From positions 26,699 to 90,698 of the forward strand of contig CAXBIR010000001.1 in assembly GCA_963975825.1 (NCBI GenBank): a stretch of 64,000 nucleotides of DNA, in the 5' to 3' direction. Origin of the DNA: an uncultured Polaribacter sp. GTDB lineage: Bacteria > Bacteroidota > Bacteroidia > Flavobacteriales > Flavobacteriaceae. The notes under the pieces are model-generated. The model was not told the DNA's origin and ran no database searches. It saw only the letters and a program-made list of their open reading frames with translations. Below are positions 59,072 through 64,000 of the stretch, piece after piece. The stretch's first letter is position 1. Each line of letters starts with the position of its first letter. The position numbers and the translations under genes were made by a program.

Positions 59072-60775
59072 TTATTTTTTAGCAGACTTTTTATTTCCTT
59101 TAAAAACACTATAACCAATATATAAAGCTATTAAACCAAATACTAGATATCTATAAGAAACAGGTTTTCCTTCTCCATGAACTGTTGTAAACATTCTGTC
59201 CCATCTTATAGATTTAATTTTTGCTCCAAAAGTAGGTGCATTTGCATCCCAACTAAACCAAACCATTACAGGTTTTCCTAAAACATGATCAAAAGGAGTA
59301 TACCCAAAGTAACGAGCATCTAAAGAGTTGTGTCTATTATCTCCCATCATCCAATAATAATCTTGCTTAAATGTATAAGACTCTACTTTTTCTCCGTTAA
59401 TAAAAATTGCATCTCCCACAATTGCCAAATCATTATTTTCGTAATTTTTAATAATTTGTTCGTAATAAGGTAAAGATTCTGAATCTAATTTTACAGTTAC
59501 TCCTGCTTTAGGAATGTATATAGGTCCAAAATTATCTTGACTCCAATTGTTACTTTCTACATGAGGAAATATTGCATTATCTGCACCAAAATTTAATTTC
59601 TTAACAGAAACAGTTTCAGCTTGCTTTTCTAACAAAGCAACTTCATCTTCAGTTAAATTAATATTTATTTTATTAGAAACAGATTCCATTTTTAAACGTC
59701 TTGCAAAATCAGGATTTATTCCTCCTGCAACTTCTGTATATAAAGAATCTGAACTTATTTTAGATAAATTTCCGTTTTCTTTAATAGCTTCTTGTACTTT
59801 AGAATTATTCCAATATTCTGATAAGATTCTATATACACCAGTTCTTTCTTTTTTAATTAAAAATTTAGGAAAGTTATTACCATCTATAGCAGACTTTGCT
59901 TCGTAAGTATAATAAAATTGAATTTTAGCTCTATTTGGAAGTACGTTTTTCTTACCATTTATGTAAACGTAACCGTTTCTTAATTCTAAAGAATCTCCTG
60001 CAACACCAACAGCACGTTTTACATAGTTTGTTTTTTTGTCTAATGGTTTGTATGTAAATTTACCAGAAGTATCTCCCCACATTGTTGCAAGCGAATCTGC
60101 TGGCCAGTTAAAACAAACAATATCATTATTTTTTATATTCTGTAAACCAGGTAATCTAGTATATGGTAATTGTGGCTTTTTAAGATAAGAAGCAGATTTA
60201 GTAAGTGGTATAGAATCATGTACCATTGGTAAAGCAACTACTGTCGAAGGTACTCTTGCACCATAATGAAACTTACTTACAAATAAGTAATCTCCTACTA
60301 ATAAAGACTTTTCTAAAGACGAAGTTGGTATTGTAAAAGGCTGCATAAAGTATGTGTGTACTAATGTAGCAGCAATAATAGCAAAGGTTATAGAGCTTAC
60401 CCATTCACCTAATTCTGAACGTGGCTTTAAACTTCTTTCTGCATTATAAGTAGCATCTTTACCATAATTTATATAAAAAATGTACAATCCTAAAGTAACA
60501 ATTACTAAAAATGAGTCTAATTTTTTATAAAAACCAAAAGTTCTAATAGTTTCAATCCAAATTACAGGAAACATTAACAGATTTACAATAGGTATAAATA
60601 ATAAGATAATCCACCATTTTGGTCTATTAATAATTTGCATTAATACAACGCCGTTATAAACAGGTATTGCTGCTTCCCAAGCTTTTCTACCAGCTTTTAC
60701 ATATAACTTCCAAGTTCCTAAAAAATGCAACACTTGTATTACAAGGAAAAAGATAAACCATTCAGTAAAATTCAT
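59072..60775 (-). CDS. lepB: Signal peptidase I with N-terminal DUF5684-like membrane domain
   Basis: PTSSLEKSL (Ser), NYVKRAVG (Lys) and MGDNRHNSLDARYFG. Confidence 0.92.
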   Translation of the reverse strand: MNFTEWFIFFLVIQVLHFLGTWKLYVKAGRKAWEAAIPVYNGVVLMQIINRPKWWIILLFIPIVNLLMFPVIWIETIRTFGFYKKLDSFLVIVTLGLYIFYINYGKDATYNAERSLKPRSELGEWVSSITFAIIAATLVHTYFMQPFTIPTSSLEKSLLVGDYLFVSKFHYGARVPSTVVALPMVHDSIPLTKSASYLKKPQLPYTRLPGLQNIKNNDIVCFNWPADSLATMWGDTSGKFTYKPLDKKTNYVKRAVGVAGDSLELRNGYVYINGKKNVLPNRAKIQFYYTYEAKSAIDGNNFPKFLIKKERTGVYRILSEYWNNSKVQEAIKENGNLSKISSDSLYTEVAGGINPDFARRLKMESVSNKININLTEDEVALLEKQAETVSVKKLNFGADNAIFPHVESNNWSQDNFGPIYIPKAGVTVKLDSESLPYYEQIIKNYENNDLAIVGDAIFINGEKVESYTFKQDYYWMMGDNRHNSLDARYFGYTPFDHVLGKPVMVWFSWDANAPTFGAKIKSIRWDRMFTTVHGEGKPVSYRYLVFGLIALYIGYSVFKGNKKSAKK

Positions 60776-60857
60776 AATTATAATATTTTTATACCCTAAT
60801 TGAAGGATAATTTTTTAGTTATTAATAAGGCGTTAAATAATGAAAACGTTACAGTAA

Positions 60858-61559
60858 TTAACGGATGTTTAACACATCTTTCATGCTAAAAACGCCTGTT
60901 TTACCTAGAATCCATTCTGCAGCAACAACAGCACCTAAAGCAAAACCTTTTCTACTATGTGCTGTATGTTTTATTTCTATAGAATCTACTTCAGAATCGT
61001 ACCAAACTGTATGTGTACCTGGAACTTCTGGAATTCTTTTAGCAGCGATAGGTATGTTTTCTTCGGATGATTTTTCGTCTAATTCCCAGTTTTCTTTAGT
61101 AGAATTTTCTATAATCCCTTCAGCTAAAGTAATTGCTGTTCCACTAGGAGCATCTAATTTTTTGGTGTGATGAATTTCTTCCATAGAAATATTGTAATCT
61201 TCTAGATTACTCATCATTTTAGCTAATTGCTTATTTAATTCAAAAAAGATATTTACACCCAAACTAAAATTAGAAGCATAAATAAAAGCACCTTTTTCTT
61301 TTTCACAAAGAGCAATTGCTTCTTTATGTTTATCTAACCAACCCGTTGTTCCAGAAATTACAGGAACTTTACTTTTTATACAGTTAGAAATATTGTTGAA
61401 AGCAGAAGATGGTACGCTAAAATCTATAGCTACATCTGCCAAAGTAATGTCAATAATATCATTAACATCTTTTTTTATAACGATTTCATGACCTCTAGAA
61501 ATTGCAATTTTTTCAATTTCTTTTCCCATTCTACCATAACCTAATAATGCAATTTTCAT
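60858..61559 (-). CDS. dapB: 4-hydroxy-tetrahydrodipicolinate reductase
   Basis: GYGRMG, GTTGW, ASNFSLG and EIHHTKKLDAPSGTA. Confidence 0.95.
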   Translation of the reverse strand: MKIALLGYGRMGKEIEKIAISRGHEIVIKKDVNDIIDITLADVAIDFSVPSSAFNNISNCIKSKVPVISGTTGWLDKHKEAIALCEKEKGAFIYASNFSLGVNIFFELNKQLAKMMSNLEDYNISMEEIHHTKKLDAPSGTAITLAEGIIENSTKENWELDEKSSEENIPIAAKRIPEVPGTHTVWYDSEVDSIEIKHTAHSRKGFALGAVVAAEWILGKTGVFSMKDVLNIR

Positions 61560-61560
61560 T

Positions 61561-62151
61561 TTAAAAAGTATATTTTATTGTAAAGCCAACCTTTGGAGCA
61601 TCAAAGAGCGTAGGATCTTGAACAAATGTAGGTCTAAAAGATAAGTTATCATCCGTATTAAATTGTAATAAATGTGCATTTACACTAGCTTCTACAATCT
61701 GTAAAACGTATAAAATAACTCCCCACATTAAAGATAAATCTCTGTTTTCTCTTAATTGTTCTTGCGCTCTTTCTAAAGTTTCTATTGAAACAGAAACATT
61801 TCCTAAGTCGTCTGTAAATTCGTCTTGAAAACCAGTTTTTCTTAATTTATAAGCTCTTCTGTAGCGTTTATATTCACTGTTATTTTCTAAATAAAAATAA
61901 GTTGGTGCTGCTAAAGCTCCCCAAACTATTGGAGCTTTCCAATATTTCTTGTTGTAAATCTGTCCTAGACCAGGAAAAATAGCAGAATAAAAAGCAGCTT
62001 TAGAAGGTGCTAAAGGTTTATAAACGCCTTCTTGCACAATAATTGTTTCTTTAACCTTTACTTTTTTAACTTTTGTAGAGTCTTTTTGACTAAAAATACT
62101 CAAAGAGATACATAAGATAGAAAGGGTGAATATGATTTTTTTTGAAATCAC
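61561..62151 (-). CDS. DUF5683 domain protein
   Basis: GTG start; PSKAAFYSAIFPGLGQIYNKKYWK and VEASVNAHL. Confidence 0.8.
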   Translation of the reverse strand: MISKKIIFTLSILCISLSIFSQKDSTKVKKVKVKETIIVQEGVYKPLAPSKAAFYSAIFPGLGQIYNKKYWKAPIVWGALAAPTYFYLENNSEYKRYRRAYKLRKTGFQDEFTDDLGNVSVSIETLERAQEQLRENRDLSLMWGVILYVLQIVEASVNAHLLQFNTDDNLSFRPTFVQDPTLFDAPKVGFTIKYTF

Positions 62152-63036
62152 TTATTTTAATAAATTTTTTATGCGGTTAAAATCTTCTTCAGAAGTAAAA
62201 GGAATTGATATTTTTCCTTTACCGTTGCTACCTATAGAAACGTCTACTTTGTTACCAAAGTATGCACTTATGTCTTTTATGCTACTTTTAACAAATGTTG
62301 GTATTGCTTTTTTCTTTGGTTTTGCAATAGAACCTGTTTTTAAGCTTTTTACTAACTCTTCTGTTTGTCTAACAGATAATTTATCTCTTAAAATTTTCTC
62401 ATAAATAGCTAATTGATCTTCTGTATTATCTACATTAATCATAGCTCTACCATGTCCCATAGAAATAAAACCATCTCTCATACCAGTTTGTAAAATAGGG
62501 TCTAATTTTAACAAACGTAAATAATTGGTTACTGTAGATCTTTTTTTACCAACTCTAGTACTTAGTTCTTCTTGTGTTAACTGAATTTCATCAATTAAGC
62601 GTTGGTAAGAAAGTGCAACTTCTATTGGATCTAGGTTTTTACGCTGTATATTTTCTACCAAGGCCATTTCTAGCATTTCTTGGTCGTTAGCTAATCTAAT
62701 ATATGCTGGTGCAGTTTTGTTTCCTATTAATTTTGAAGCTCTAAATCTACGTTCTCCAGAAACTAATTGAAACTTATTTCCTTCTAGTTTTCTTACTGTA
62801 ATTGGCTGTATAACACCTAATTCTTTAATAGAACTAGCTAATTCTCTTAAAGCTTCCTCATCAAAATAAGTTCTTGGCTGATATGGATTTACCTCAATTA
62901 AATCTAATTCTATTTCTACAATGCTTCCTACTAATTTATCTGCATGTTTATCTGTTGCAGAATTAATATTAGGTGTATCTTGTAATAAAGCAGATAAACC
63001 TCTTCCTAGAGCTTGTTTTTTAGTTGCTTTTGCCAT
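62152..63036 (-). CDS. parB: ParB/Spo0J chromosome partitioning protein
   Basis: LGRGLSALL, NPYQPR, VSGERRFRA, ENIQR and HTH. Confidence 0.93.
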   Translation of the reverse strand: MAKATKKQALGRGLSALLQDTPNINSATDKHADKLVGSIVEIELDLIEVNPYQPRTYFDEEALRELASSIKELGVIQPITVRKLEGNKFQLVSGERRFRASKLIGNKTAPAYIRLANDQEMLEMALVENIQRKNLDPIEVALSYQRLIDEIQLTQEELSTRVGKKRSTVTNYLRLLKLDPILQTGMRDGFISMGHGRAMINVDNTEDQLAIYEKILRDKLSVRQTEELVKSLKTGSIAKPKKKAIPTFVKSSIKDISAYFGNKVDVSIGSNGKGKISIPFTSEEDFNRIKNLLK

Positions 63037-63039
63037 TTT

Positions 63040-63804
63040 TTACGAATTCTTTTTTAATAATTCTTGGGCTAAATTTAAATAATTTACAGCGCCTTTACTT
63101 GTTGCATCATATGCAATAATACTTTCACCATAACTTGGTGCTTCTCCTAAACGTGTATTTCTTCTAATTATAGTATCAAAAACCATAGCAGAAAAATGTT
63201 TTCTAACTTCGTCTACAACTTGGTTAGATAGACGTAATCTAGAATCGAACATGGTTAATAAAAGACCTTCTATTTCTAAATTTGAGTTATGAATATTTTG
63301 AACACTCTTAATGGTGTTTAGTAATTTACCTAAACCTTCTAATGCAAAATATTCACATTGTATAGGAATAATTACAGAATTTGCAGCTACTAAAGAGTTT
63401 AAAGTAATTAAACCTAAAGAAGGTGCACAGTCAATTATAATATAATCATAATCATCTTTAATTTCTTCCAATGCTTTTTTTAGCATGTACTCTCTATCTT
63501 CTTTATCTACAAGTTCTATCTCAATAGCAACTAAATCTATATGAGCAGGAATAATATCTACATTTGGCGAATCTGTTTTTATAATTGCATCTTTTGCAGA
63601 AAGTGTATGTTCTAAAACATGATATGTTCCACCTTCAACAGTATCAACATCTATTCCTAAACCAGAAGACGCGTTTGCTTGTGGATCTGCATCTATTAAC
63701 AATACTTTTTTCTCTAAAACACCTAAAGAAGCTGCTAAGTTTATGCTTGTGGTAGTTTTTCCAACTCCACCTTTTTGATTTGCTATTGCAATAATTTTAC
63801 CCAT
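63040..63804 (-). CDS. parA: ParA/Soj ATPase
   Basis: NQKGGVGKTTT, DADPQAN, IDCAPSLG and RLGEAPSYG. Confidence 0.95.
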   Translation of the reverse strand: MGKIIAIANQKGGVGKTTTSINLAASLGVLEKKVLLIDADPQANASSGLGIDVDTVEGGTYHVLEHTLSAKDAIIKTDSPNVDIIPAHIDLVAIEIELVDKEDREYMLKKALEEIKDDYDYIIIDCAPSLGLITLNSLVAANSVIIPIQCEYFALEGLGKLLNTIKSVQNIHNSNLEIEGLLLTMFDSRLRLSNQVVDEVRKHFSAMVFDTIIRRNTRLGEAPSYGESIIAYDATSKGAVNYLNLAQELLKKNS

Positions 63805-63955
63805 GAAAATTAGTCGATTTTTCTAAATGTAAAATTACATTTTTTTATGACTTTTAGAAGTGAAAGATGTTAACAAAAGAATAAAATTTTAAAAAACTGA
63901 TTTTCAGTAATTTAAATTTATATTTGAATTCTTTTTTCACAAAATAGCGCATAAA

Positions 63956-63980
63956 AAAACCGAAGAAAATCTTCGGTTTT
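63956..63980 (-). terminator. Intrinsic terminator of a gene beyond the window end
   Basis: AAAACCGAAGA-AAA-TCTTCGGTTTT with a longer A-run on the left. Confidence 0.7.
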
Positions 63981-64000
63981 AAACTTTTACAATTTGATTA

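Noticed and set aside
60800-64000. parS site or replication origin near parAB
   Set aside because: I saw no TGTTTCACGTGAAACA-like palindrome or DnaA-box cluster by eye.

Overview
A 64 kb chromosomal window from a very AT-rich Bacteroidota genome, most likely marine Flavobacteriaceae of the Polaribacter/Tenacibaculum type. This is inferred from TAnnTTTG promoters, signal peptides ending before Gln and the gene families present. Caution: I checked start and stop codons in the DNA, and the supplied ORF track mislabels the strand of most genes from 18043 onward; the strands below are corrected. Content in order: Na+/solute symporter (5' truncated); a MarR-associated redox cluster (DoxX, OsmC, FMN reductase, Cys-less glutaredoxin-like protein, two pirins) with a repeated palindromic operator; SSADH and SDR; fadH; ettA; an exported beta-repeat/basic-tail protein; DinB; the 14.3-22.3 kb locus; DUF6695-DUF6095-murQ; TonB receptor/DUF4249; a MacAB-TolC-like efflux set; icd; rplS-GT39-trmD; ppk2; exonuclease; a GH3/serine-hydrolase fusion flanked by two structured repeats; an orphan AidA/PixA-like gene; rsmE; a YfhO-GT4-GT4-flippase operon; and wbqC-lepB-dapB-parB-parA. 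No rRNA, tRNA, CRISPR array or transposase was seen. The best candidate for an undescribed system is 14300-22267. It encodes an inner-membrane NTT (ATP/ADP translocase family)-HEAT fusion, converging on a signal-peptide-bearing dikinase with phospho-His and ATP-grasp domains in glucan-water-dikinase order, plus two exported PBP/class A-fold serine hydrolases. My inference is a module that supplies ATP to a periplasmic phosphorylating enzyme.
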